Virus record (IMG/VR): IMGVR_UViG_3300028569_000028
Coordinates: 16,012-80,011 of that record
Reading direction: 5' to 3' (one strand)
DNA: 64,000 nucleotides
Source: a virus
Below, piece by piece: positions 28,951 through 38,017 of the stretch; the first letter of the stretch is position 1; each line of letters opens with the position of its first letter. The position numbers and the translations under genes are program-made. The notes under the pieces are model-generated. The model searched no databases. It had not been told where the DNA came from and saw only the letters and a program-made list of their open reading frames with translations.

Positions 28951-28956
28951 TCAAAA

Positions 28957-29364
28957 TTACTGAATAAGCTCCAGCGTTAACCTATACTTTACTCCAGTAG
29001 TAAATCCCACCCCATAATTAATCTTAACAATGCCATTGCCTTGAAAGCTCCAGTCAAGATATGGAACCTGAGAAATTCTTGAAGCATTAGTAATGTTTTG
29101 AATCTTTCCAATGTGAAGCATTGAAACAAAGCTTAAGTTCGTTACAATACTAGCATTTCCAACAGGCTTGCCTGTAGAATCAAAGCTAATATCAATGTTA
29201 ACTTTGGCACGAGCTAAATTATCAAAATCAAGTTGACCATTTACAACTTGGTATATTTCATCAGCAAATTCATTATAAGAACCAGCAACTCCCTCAATAA
29301 CTTCTTGAGCTTCTTTGCTGTAATCCTCTGGAATAATTCTTCGAATATCACTTAACTTTGGCAT
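28957..29364 (-). CDS. tail-associated protein
   Basis: Coupled to tail tubular B. Confidence 0.6.
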   Translation of the reverse strand: MPKLSDIRRIIPEDYSKEAQEVIEGVAGSYNEFADEIYQVVNGQLDFDNLARAKVNIDISFDSTGKPVGNASIVTNLSFVSMLHIGKIQNITNASRISQVPYLDWSFQGNGIVKINYGVGFTTGVKYRLTLELIQ

Positions 29365-32300
29365 TATCTATAGCCTCTAGAAGATACTTCTCTAGGCTGT
29401 AAAGAAACTCCAATGAGTTTCCATTCTTCTCTGGCATTAATATGTCTGAATTGCACATGCAAATAGCGACAGCGAGATTTATCTCTTGGTATGAGAGTCC
29501 TAACTGGAACTTCATTTCCCTCTCCGCCATAAGTTACATCTGCCCAACTATATCCATCCCAGTATCCCGGACCTTTTCCAAAGAATTCTACAGAAGCAAA
29601 GTCATACGACCTATCAGATGAGTAAGCAACAATGCCTCCCCAAAAGTTATTCTGGTCAAAGATAAAAGTTCCCTCGGATACTTGCTTTGTCATTTCAGGC
29701 TTACCAAAATGTTGTGGAGCGTACTGCACAAGACATTTAATAGCTTTAAAGAAACTTACGTTTCCTTGAATGAACTTGTTCATGAATTTTAAAGTAACAG
29801 TGTTAAATCTTGGATTAACTACTGTAACAAGTGCTTCATAAGTTAAAAGGTCTGTAGCAAGTTTGTAATTTTTAAACCCAGTTGCGGCAATTGTACTATT
29901 AAGATAATTAATAATGTCGTTGTAATCATCTCTAAGCTCTATAAGAGAATTAGAGTTTGAACTTGCTGGAACCATAATTCCATCAGAGTTAAGCTTTGCA
30001 ACAAGCTGCACCAACTTAGCCGCTAAGCTATCTCCAGTTACTGCCTTAAGTGTTGAGTAATAATTATTGGAATTAAGAATGTCTCTATCCAGTTTCTTAA
30101 GAAGTCTGTTATATTTGTTAATATCCACATACTGAGTTTGTACTAAGACATCTCCAGCTTCGAGTTCAGCTACGGAAGAAATAATAACGGTTAAGTCATT
30201 AATTGCTCCAGCACTAATACTTCTAATAATTTCTCTATCAGATTGGTCTTGTCTTTCTAAGTTTTTTCTTTCTTTAAGAACATAAGGTCTACTAGAGGAA
30301 TCTCCTAAATAAATTTTATCATCATTAGGATTTACCACTCCACAGTTAGCTGGCTTTGTCCAACGAGTCCATGCTCTTGTAAATGTATTGTATCTAAAAG
30401 CTTGAGTAGCATAGTTATCTGTTGTTTTTTCTGGAAGCCATATAATGTAACATCTATCAGATTCAGAAGCCATTCCCCAGCTCATAAGCTTATAATTAAA
30501 CTTAGCGTTGGCGATTTCCTGTATCTTGTTTTCAATATTTCTGGAGATAATACCCACCCCAGTCTCTGACACAGTTACTACACCTTGGCTAGTAAGCACA
30601 TAAATGAGGTTATTGAGGTTTGTGGCTGTATCTGGAGCAAAGGTAAGGGCAGAGGAGTCAGACAGTCTCACGCTGAAATTTGGAGCAGCTGAGCCTGATA
30701 TAATATAAACTCCATCTTCTTTAAGGACAACAAGGCTATCTCTTAACGCCATAATGCGTTGAATGGCTTTATCTTTTGGTCCAATGTCGATATAGTTAAC
30801 TAAAGGCACTGCTTCTGGCTGATTTATCTTTGAAAAGTAAATTCTATTTCTATTTGAAGAATTATCTGATACAACATCAGCTGGGAAAATAATTGCTTGA
30901 TCAAAAGCAGAGTAAGTTGTTGTAGAGCTAAAACCTGTAATTGTTAGAGAAGTTGTAGTTGGAGTTGTAGCAACAGTTTTTCTTCCAGATAAAATAGTGG
31001 CAGAAGTTGTTGGTTTAATAAATACATAAACATCTTGATTCGGAAGTAATTCGTGAGCCGCTGTAGTATTAATAGTAGTAGGAGCTGTAACATTAGAAAT
31101 CGTCTTAACAACTGGAATAGATGGTTCAAATACGGCAGTAGTTGTTGCATGACTGAATCCTAGAAATACTGGGTCATCAAGCAAGTTCTTAGCTTCTAAA
31201 ACAATAATACCCGGTAGGTCATTTGGACCAGATAGGTAGAAAGCTGTAACTGGAGAAGAAGCATCTTTATTAATGATTCTTTCAAGTGACCTTGCTGTAT
31301 CTTCTACTGAAAGTCCTTGAGAGGCTAATCCAGATAAAAGCACTTCGTTTGCTGCAGCATTTTCTCCAAGTCCTTCTTGAAACACAGTAGGAGTTACCCA
31401 GCTCACTGCGGCAACTGACTGGGTTACGGCACTAGCGTTACCGTTGTCGGTATAAGTAAGCCTTATTACCCCAGAGCCAATATCTGTTGCTTCAAAATCT
31501 GGAATGTCAAAGAATGCACTTATGAATGCGTCAACTGAACCTTGGGTTGTATTGTCATAGCCTTCTAAAGCAACTCTTAAAAGAATAGAAGAATCATTAC
31601 TTGGAGCTTCAGAGTCGTGTAATATATTAGCTGTACCGACTGCAGAGCTTAAGTCTATTGCTGTCCCATTCACCGTTAAAGATAGTTTAAAGACGTTATC
31701 ACTTATTCTTATGGCATAGTACGTGCCAGCTGTTAAACCAGCAGGTAAGCTTGCTCCAGAGATTGCTACTTTGTCGTTTGTTGCTAAGCCGTGTGCAGCT
31801 ATGGTAATTTCTTCTGTTGTTGCATTTACTGCAGTATCTGTAAAGCTAAAGCTAACAGTACCCTTATCAAACCAGACTCTATACTTAACTCTATCTTGAG
31901 CTGACATTACATCGAAATAAGATCCTCCAGTTGTCTCAGCTTTTTTCTTAGCTGTGAAATCTACAATTTCATTCCTTCCAACAAAAGTGTAAGTTCTAAC
32001 AATTTGAGAATTAGCGATGTATAATTTAGAAACTCCAGAAGTGAACTGGCTTACAGAAAGTAAATTGAATTGAACTCTATGCCTTTCTTTTGTATTGGCA
32101 TAGAAAGCTGAGCCTTTAAACACAGCAACATCATGCGCTACTGGAGGAGCTTCATTTGACTGAAGAGAACCTTCGCCAGTTACAGGATTATTATAAAGAA
32201 ATAACCCACCTTGTCTAAATGTTTCTGGAACAATGTCGCTAAAAGTAATGCTTGATGGAATTGGAGAAGAATCTTCAACGACTGCATATTCTGCAATCTT

Positions 32301-33950
32301 CTGGAACTCTTCACCCGGATCGATGTCGTTAAGCGTTAAGCCTGTAGCTACTGTAATAAAAGCTGTTCTATAAATTTCATAGAAATAAGTTCTATCATTA
32401 TTGGTGATGATTTCTGAAGGAACTGTAAAGCTTAGAGATGTGTTAGCCGGAATTCCTGTAGCAGTTTGACCATCAAATACTTTTGAAACAGTTATAAGTG
32501 ATGAATCGATATTTCCAGCTGATGCGTCAAGTACGTTACCGCCATCAATGTTTGTAACGGTAACTTCTGTTGAGGTAGTGCTAACGCTAACATCAGATAC
32601 AAGAGAAATTGTTTCGGCAATCTTTGCCATGTAATTTTCTTTTGACTTATTAGAGATTTTATAAATCTCAACTTCTCGTAAATCTCTACCAACTAGACTT
32701 GTATCCGTTGGGGCAACGTCTGTCCCAGAAATATTAAACCAGCAAGCGAATTTATTTGTTGGAGAGTCGAAAGTAAAATAATTAGAATTAAATAATCCTG
32801 AATAAATATTAGAAACGCCTTCAATTTTTGTTAAACTTATAGCAGACCCACTTGAAGTGGCTGATAATTGAAATGTATCTGTAGTAACGTTTACTATGTA
32901 GTATGTATTTGCTTTGTTTATTTCTTTTGGAATAATTCCATAAAGTCTAACTTTTGTATTGTTTGTATACCCATGCGAAGTTACTGTTATAGTTTTTCCA
33001 ACATTGGTACTCTCTACAATACCGCCAGTTCCTGTAGCTGTTATATCAATTTCAGAACCTTCGATTGTATTCTTAAGCTTGATTTTATTAGTATCTACTC
33101 GTATAACGTAATAATTACCAGCTGATAACCCCGTAGGTAATACTAAAGCTCCGGCTGATAGTTTTATTAAGTCATTTGTTTGAAAGTTATGATCGACTGC
33201 ACCAGTTGTAAGATTTATAGTATTTGTTGTAATATTAACATCGGCTGTTACAAATGGAAATTCAATACCACCAGAGAGAGCAGTTGTGGAGTCGAATTGT
33301 TTATGAATTCCTGCACCAGCAGTAGTTACGGCAATACTAAACTCTTCCCCAACATTTATATCATTAGAAGTATTTGTTAAAACATATCTAGAACTTGGAA
33401 CGCCACGGTTAATATTACCATTGGCATCTTTTTTAGCCCAAAGAACTTTATACCCAACTTTTGATTGAGCTGGAAGAAAACCAGACTCGGAAGGAACAAT
33501 AACGCCTTCTAAGCTTAGAGCTTTAACTGCTCCAGCATTTGTGATAAAACCAGCAGAAGTTGTAAAGTCACTGGCAGAAGTTGCCGAGATTTTTTTAATG
33601 CCTTCGCTTGTTGTAAAATACAGGTTTGAGTTAAGCTCGAAATATTTAATTCTAAGCCTTTCCACAAGCTCAGAATAGACTCCAGAAAAGTTTAGGAAGG
33701 TTCCATTACCATCAGAGTCGAAACTTAATTTATTTGAGAAATGGCGAAGAATACGCCCTTTATAAGTGAGTAGTTGTTTTACAACAGTGTCATCATCTGT
33801 TTTATTTCCAAACTCTCCAAAGCCTCGTCTACTCTGAATTACGTTGTCAAAATCAATGACGCAGTTATCAAGAATTTCAGCGGCTCCATCTGGTCTTGCG
33901 AGTTCGTTTGGACTTGTTACCAAGCCTCGGTTGATAGTTAGTACAGACAC
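29364..33950 (-). CDS. tail tubular protein B/nozzle (P22 gp10-like) with inserted repeat domains
   Basis: N-terminal RGL...NCVID...SRRG, C-terminal propeller-like NRIYFS...IG...I...L.V.K; position. Confidence 0.7.
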   Translation of the reverse strand: MSVLTINRGLVTSPNELARPDGAAEILDNCVIDFDNVIQSRRGFGEFGNKTDDDTVVKQLLTYKGRILRHFSNKLSFDSDGNGTFLNFSGVYSELVERLRIKYFELNSNLYFTTSEGIKKISATSASDFTTSAGFITNAGAVKALSLEGVIVPSESGFLPAQSKVGYKVLWAKKDANGNINRGVPSSRYVLTNTSNDINVGEEFSIAVTTAGAGIHKQFDSTTALSGGIEFPFVTADVNITTNTINLTTGAVDHNFQTNDLIKLSAGALVLPTGLSAGNYYVIRVDTNKIKLKNTIEGSEIDITATGTGGIVESTNVGKTITVTSHGYTNNTKVRLYGIIPKEINKANTYYIVNVTTDTFQLSATSSGSAISLTKIEGVSNIYSGLFNSNYFTFDSPTNKFACWFNISGTDVAPTDTSLVGRDLREVEIYKISNKSKENYMAKIAETISLVSDVSVSTTSTEVTVTNIDGGNVLDASAGNIDSSLITVSKVFDGQTATGIPANTSLSFTVPSEIITNNDRTYFYEIYRTAFITVATGLTLNDIDPGEEFQKIAEYAVVEDSSPIPSSITFSDIVPETFRQGGLFLYNNPVTGEGSLQSNEAPPVAHDVAVFKGSAFYANTKERHRVQFNLLSVSQFTSGVSKLYIANSQIVRTYTFVGRNEIVDFTAKKKAETTGGSYFDVMSAQDRVKYRVWFDKGTVSFSFTDTAVNATTEEITIAAHGLATNDKVAISGASLPAGLTAGTYYAIRISDNVFKLSLTVNGTAIDLSSAVGTANILHDSEAPSNDSSILLRVALEGYDNTTQGSVDAFISAFFDIPDFEATDIGSGVIRLTYTDNGNASAVTQSVAAVSWVTPTVFQEGLGENAAANEVLLSGLASQGLSVEDTARSLERIINKDASSPVTAFYLSGPNDLPGIIVLEAKNLLDDPVFLGFSHATTTAVFEPSIPVVKTISNVTAPTTINTTAAHELLPNQDVYVFIKPTTSATILSGRKTVATTPTTTSLTITGFSSTTTYSAFDQAIIFPADVVSDNSSNRNRIYFSKINQPEAVPLVNYIDIGPKDKAIQRIMALRDSLVVLKEDGVYIISGSAAPNFSVRLSDSSALTFAPDTATNLNNLIYVLTSQGVVTVSETGVGIISRNIENKIQEIANAKFNYKLMSWGMASESDRCYIIWLPEKTTDNYATQAFRYNTFTRAWTRWTKPANCGVVNPNDDKIYLGDSSSRPYVLKERKNLERQDQSDREIIRSISAGAINDLTVIISSVAELEAGDVLVQTQYVDINKYNRLLKKLDRDILNSNNYYSTLKAVTGDSLAAKLVQLVAKLNSDGIMVPASSNSNSLIELRDDYNDIINYLNSTIAATGFKNYKLATDLLTYEALVTVVNPRFNTVTLKFMNKFIQGNVSFFKAIKCLVQYAPQHFGKPEMTKQVSEGTFIFDQNNFWGGIVAYSSDRSYDFASVEFFGKGPGYWDGYSWADVTYGGEGNEVPVRTLIPRDKSRCRYLHVQFRHINAREEWKLIGVSLQPREVSSRGYR

Positions 33951-33953
33951 AGC

Positions 33954-35153
33954 TTACCACCTTCTATTGCGTCGCCCTAGAGTGTTCAGTGTATTTACCA
34001 GAGGTGAATGCCTAGACTTAATCTTCTGCATTGCACCTTCAACTCTATTGTCGAGAAATGTTGCAGCATCTTTTTCCATTGTGGCAAGTTTTCTTTCTGC
34101 AGATTGTTTATTTTGCTCATCGCCCATTGCTTCCAAACAAGCAACAGCAACTCGCTGTGCTAAAATAGGATGGAGTTCTGTGGGGATATTTGGAACAAAT
34201 GTTTCCTCTGCAAGCGTTATATAAGAGCCTACAATAAGATCTGGAATATCTGTTGCTACAAAGCTTATTTGTTTAGATACTTGATTGATTGCGTTAAAAC
34301 GCTTATCATAATGAATTATTTTATTTGGGGATACATTTTGAACAAAGTCAAAGAAATTATTCTGGAGAAATATAGCTGGAAGAGTAGATAGTGTTAGTCG
34401 TTTAACACTTAGTGCAGCATTGAAATTTCCACCGATAGATCCAACAGAAGAAGTAGTAAATTTAACACTAAAAGTATTTGCATCAATAACATTAATTTCA
34501 TGGAATCCATCCACAGAAGGAGTTGTATTAGCCCCAGAAATTTGAACAAGTTGTTTATTAGTAAGTCCATGACTAACACTTGTAAATGTGGTTTCTGTTC
34601 CAGAGACTATGTTTGTAAAAGCTCCAGTCTTAGGATTAATCTGGTCAATTTCAGAAGTCTGTGCAATACTAATAATGGTACTGCCAGCAGATTCTATTAC
34701 TAAATGGTTAGGACGCATATAGAAATACATGCGAAGTTTCATTCTATCATTTGCATCAAAGTTAGAAAGAATTACATCGTTGTTTTCTAAATAAAAGCCA
34801 CGGTTATTAATGTACGTTGTGGTGTTTGTGAAATCTGAAATTTCACCTAAAGAATATCTATGCATTTCAAAAATATTATCATTTTCATCAATAAGAGCTA
34901 CATCACGCATTTTATTCCCATGCGCTCTAGAAGGAATAGCATATCTCTTTTTCCCCCCTATTAATGGAAGGTCGATATAGTAAATGAGATGCTCTTCGTG
35001 CATTCTTTGTATAAGCGGCACAAGTCCAATATTGACTTCTTCTGTAGCCATTCTTAATAAATCTTCATCGGTAAAAGACTCTTGAGAATTGGGTATGAAT
35101 GCGCGTCGCTTAATACTGCGAATTAAATCGCCAGTTTTTAAAATGCTACTCAT
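33954..35153 (-). CDS. tail tubular protein A/adaptor with inserted domain
   Basis: LIRSIKRR...DLL N-terminus, IPTELHPIL C-terminal motif; upstream of tubular B. Confidence 0.65.
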   Translation of the reverse strand: MSSILKTGDLIRSIKRRAFIPNSQESFTDEDLLRMATEEVNIGLVPLIQRMHEEHLIYYIDLPLIGGKKRYAIPSRAHGNKMRDVALIDENDNIFEMHRYSLGEISDFTNTTTYINNRGFYLENNDVILSNFDANDRMKLRMYFYMRPNHLVIESAGSTIISIAQTSEIDQINPKTGAFTNIVSGTETTFTSVSHGLTNKQLVQISGANTTPSVDGFHEINVIDANTFSVKFTTSSVGSIGGNFNAALSVKRLTLSTLPAIFLQNNFFDFVQNVSPNKIIHYDKRFNAINQVSKQISFVATDIPDLIVGSYITLAEETFVPNIPTELHPILAQRVAVACLEAMGDEQNKQSAERKLATMEKDAATFLDNRVEGAMQKIKSRHSPLVNTLNTLGRRNRRW

Positions 35154-35167
35154 TTTATAGCCTTATA

Positions 35168-35557
35168 TTACTTTCCTAGTTTCTTCTTCAGCATTTCGAA
35201 CATTGCTTCCATTTCTTCTGGAGACATTTCCGAGGCATCTTCTTCCGCTTCCATTTCTGGAGACTCTTCTTCAGAATCCTCAGAAGCTTGACAAAGAGGA
35301 CAGCCTTTGCCTTTACACTTAGGACAAGACTCATCTTCTGATTCTTCGCCATTACCTTCTTGGCTAGATTTCATCTGCATAATCTTCTCAGCCATAGAAA
35401 GTCCTTTTTTAAGACCTTCTGGAGAGTCAGACATAACAGATACTTTTTTCATGCCTTTTTTGCCAATCATGTCTTTCATTGGAGAATACATGTCATTTGA
35501 CATTTCTTTTGAAAGTTCTTTGAGCATCTCAGACTTAGCTTTTGCTTTCTTTTCCAT
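35168..35557 (-). CDS. acidic late protein with CPKC..CPLC motif
   Basis: AGGAG SD and its own late motif. Confidence 0.65.
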   Translation of the reverse strand: MEKKAKAKSEMLKELSKEMSNDMYSPMKDMIGKKGMKKVSVMSDSPEGLKKGLSMAEKIMQMKSSQEGNGEESEDESCPKCKGKGCPLCQASEDSEEESPEMEAEEDASEMSPEEMEAMFEMLKKKLGK

Positions 35558-35584
35558 AGTTTATAGCTCCTTTGTGCCACATAA

Positions 35585-35594
35585 TATAAGGGTG
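35585..35594 (-). promoter_or_regulatory. late promoter motif CACCCTTATA
   Basis: Exact intergenic copy. Confidence 0.8.
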
Positions 35595-35650
35595 TTATTT
35601 GTTAATTTATTAATATTATTAATTATTTATGTAAAAACAAAGAGTTAGAA

Positions 35651-35680
35651 AAGAAAAAGGCCCCTATATGGAGCCCTTTT
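35651..35680 (-). terminator. Rho-independent terminator
   Basis: GGCTCC-ATATA-GGGGCC followed by TTTTTCTT on the - strand. Confidence 0.65.
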
Positions 35681-35684
35681 ATTA

Positions 35685-36530
35685 TTAATCTTGTTGATAA
35701 ATTTCAAACTTACTGATTCGTATTATGTCGGAGCTAGATGCGCCTACAAAATTAAAAGATAGATTATAGTAACCCGGACCACCATCGGCAACACCCGGAC
35801 CACCATCGGCAAGTCTTGTTAAATCAAACTCATGATAACCATTTGCTGCAACCGATGCTAAAATTTGTGCCGTTGTAGCTGTAAGTGCTGATTCTGCTCC
35901 ATGATCTGTCCAATAAATTGCGTAAGTTCCAGATCCTTCAATAGAATCAACGTAAAGTCTAACTTTCAAGTTACTAGATTTTGTCTCAGTAGTTATAGCT
36001 GCTGATCTAGGATAAATAATTCCATAGTTATTTTCTCCTACGATATCAAAACCAACTTGAATTAATTTTCCTTCTTGTAAGTTACTACTCCCAGTAGTAT
36101 TCTCGTGTACCGCAGGGGCAGAGTATGAATTATTAATAAACATTCTAGTATGGTAAAGACTTAAATTAGAAGGCGGTTGAGATGATTGAAAATTAATATC
36201 AAATTCGGAAGCCTGAACTTCAGATCTTGGTATTTCTAAAAATCCACCATCAAAGTCTAATATTACCAATTTTTGAATTTCAAACGAATCTCTAGCTTGA
36301 TTTGAAACTAAAAAAGACCCCACTGGAGTAGATAAAGTTGCGTCAAATTCAACAATTTCATACTGACTTCCAGAAGAACTTTTATACACCACATTAACTC
36401 TGTACCAATTACTAGAGTCAGAAAAATAAGAATCTGCAACAACCATAGCATGTTGCAAAAGCTCAGATTTAGAAAGAGTAAAAGCGGCAGTTTGTCCTTT
36501 ATAAGTGGACGGTTTTGTTATTATAGCCAT
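35685..36530 (-). CDS. virion accessory protein (paralog of 37534..37968 plus C-terminal domain)
   Basis: Shared N-terminal domain; tandem LADGGPG/VADGGPG duplication. Confidence 0.6.
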   Translation of the reverse strand: MAIITKPSTYKGQTAAFTLSKSELLQHAMVVADSYFSDSSNWYRVNVVYKSSSGSQYEIVEFDATLSTPVGSFLVSNQARDSFEIQKLVILDFDGGFLEIPRSEVQASEFDINFQSSQPPSNLSLYHTRMFINNSYSAPAVHENTTGSSNLQEGKLIQVGFDIVGENNYGIIYPRSAAITTETKSSNLKVRLYVDSIEGSGTYAIYWTDHGAESALTATTAQILASVAANGYHEFDLTRLADGGPGVADGGPGYYNLSFNFVGASSSDIIRISKFEIYQQD

Positions 36531-36541
36531 TTTTATTCTCC

Positions 36542-37513
36542 TTAAACTTTAATAATTAGACGAAGATTAGCATTTGTATCTGGACTTGGAATATTAAAAG
36601 TAGTAGAGCCGTTTCCAGACCCGTAAGAAACTCCAATCAATGTAAAAAGAGCAGAGTATGTTGATCTGCTAACAGCAGAACCATCACATAAAAGCCACCC
36701 AGAAGGAGCCGAGGAACCAGCATATATCTGTATTACTCCTACTGGAATAAGTCCACTTGTTGCAACTATAGAATCTGCGTAGGACTTTGCAGAATTTAGA
36801 GTTGTAACATCAGCTGCTAGTCTAGTAACCTCTTCTGTAGCTATAATTGCCGCAAAGTCCATTAGTTTAGACTCTGTATAAGACTTTGCCGAGTTTAGAG
36901 TTGTAACATCAGCTGCTATTCTAGTATTTACTTCTTCAGTTAAACTAGTAGATAAAGCAGTATCGGCTGCTAGTCTAGTAACCTCTTCTGTAGCCAAAGC
37001 TGCCCAAAACGGCCATACTTTGGAATCTGCGTAAGACTTTGCCGAGTTTAGAGTCGTAACATCAGCAGCAGTTCTATTACTTACTTCTTGACTTAAACTT
37101 GTAGATAAAGCAGTATCAGCTGCTAGTCTAGTAACCTCTTCTGTAGCTATAATTGCCGCAAAGTCCATTAGTTTAGACTCTGTATAAGACTTTGCAGAAT
37201 TTAGAGTTGTTGTATCTGCAGAATTTCTCGCAGAAACCTCAGAGCTAATTTCAGAATCAGTGTAAGACTTTGCGGAATTTAAAGTATTCGTATCTGCTGT
37301 TTGTCTGTTTGTAACTTCAGAACTTAAAGCAGAATCTAAACTTGATAATTCGCTTATAACCTCTGATTTTTTTTGATCGGCATAAGCCTTTAGAGGAGCT
37401 TCCAGAGTACTAGCCTTTATAGACTTCGATACTCCACCAGTGGAAACAAGTAGTAAGTCATCGGCACTAAGGCTCGTGACTTTTTCGGATAACTGTGATA
37501 ATTTTTTATTCAT
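36542..37513 (-). CDS. fibre protein with coiled-coil repeats and tail-collar domain
   Basis: TLNSAKSY repeats; PVGVIQIYAGSSAPSGWLLCDGSAVSRSTYSALF. Confidence 0.8.
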   Translation of the reverse strand: MNKKLSQLSEKVTSLSADDLLLVSTGGVSKSIKASTLEAPLKAYADQKKSEVISELSSLDSALSSEVTNRQTADTNTLNSAKSYTDSEISSEVSARNSADTTTLNSAKSYTESKLMDFAAIIATEEVTRLAADTALSTSLSQEVSNRTAADVTTLNSAKSYADSKVWPFWAALATEEVTRLAADTALSTSLTEEVNTRIAADVTTLNSAKSYTESKLMDFAAIIATEEVTRLAADVTTLNSAKSYADSIVATSGLIPVGVIQIYAGSSAPSGWLLCDGSAVSRSTYSALFTLIGVSYGSGNGSTTFNIPSPDTNANLRLIIKV

Positions 37514-37533
37514 TATTTACTCCGTTTGTATTA

Positions 37534-37968
37534 CTATAGTACTAAGAATTCTTCAGATTCTAATAAAAGAGCAGCTCCATCTTCTAGTAATAGTACAAAC
37601 TCTTCACTTTCCGAGCCAGTATAAAGTTCTAGATCAAAATCTAACGTATTCAAATCATTTCTTTCTAATTTTAAAATTTCACCGTCAAGATCAACAATTA
37701 CCAAAGATTCAATCTGGAATGATGTTCTTGCTTTTTCAGAAGCAGAAAACATCCCATACATAAAACCATCAGCTGAGTCAAAATTAACAATAATTCTCTG
37801 ATTTCCTTCGGTGCTTTTATAGTTAAGATAAACTTTATGCCACTTGGAAAAACTAGAAAATTGTAAATTAGAAGATACGATATGATTATTTATTAGATTT
37901 GTTTTAAAAAGGGTAATTTCTACAGGAGTGCCTTTATAAATAACACTTGGTTTTGATATAATAGACAT
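37534..37968 (-). CDS. virion accessory protein
   Basis: Paralog of 35685 N-terminus; C-terminal LLLEDG motif. Confidence 0.6.
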   Translation of the reverse strand: MSIISKPSVIYKGTPVEITLFKTNLINNHIVSSNLQFSSFSKWHKVYLNYKSTEGNQRIIVNFDSADGFMYGMFSASEKARTSFQIESLVIVDLDGEILKLERNDLNTLDFDLELYTGSESEEFVLLLEDGAALLLESEEFLVL

Positions 37969-37980
37969 TTTTTATTCCTT

Positions 37981-38007
37981 AAAAATAGAGGGGACTTACG
38001 TCCCCTC
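37981..38007 (-). terminator. Rho-independent terminator
   Basis: GAGGGGAC-GTAA-GTCCCCTC followed by TATTTTT. Confidence 0.8.
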
Positions 38008-38017
38008 CCCCAATAAA

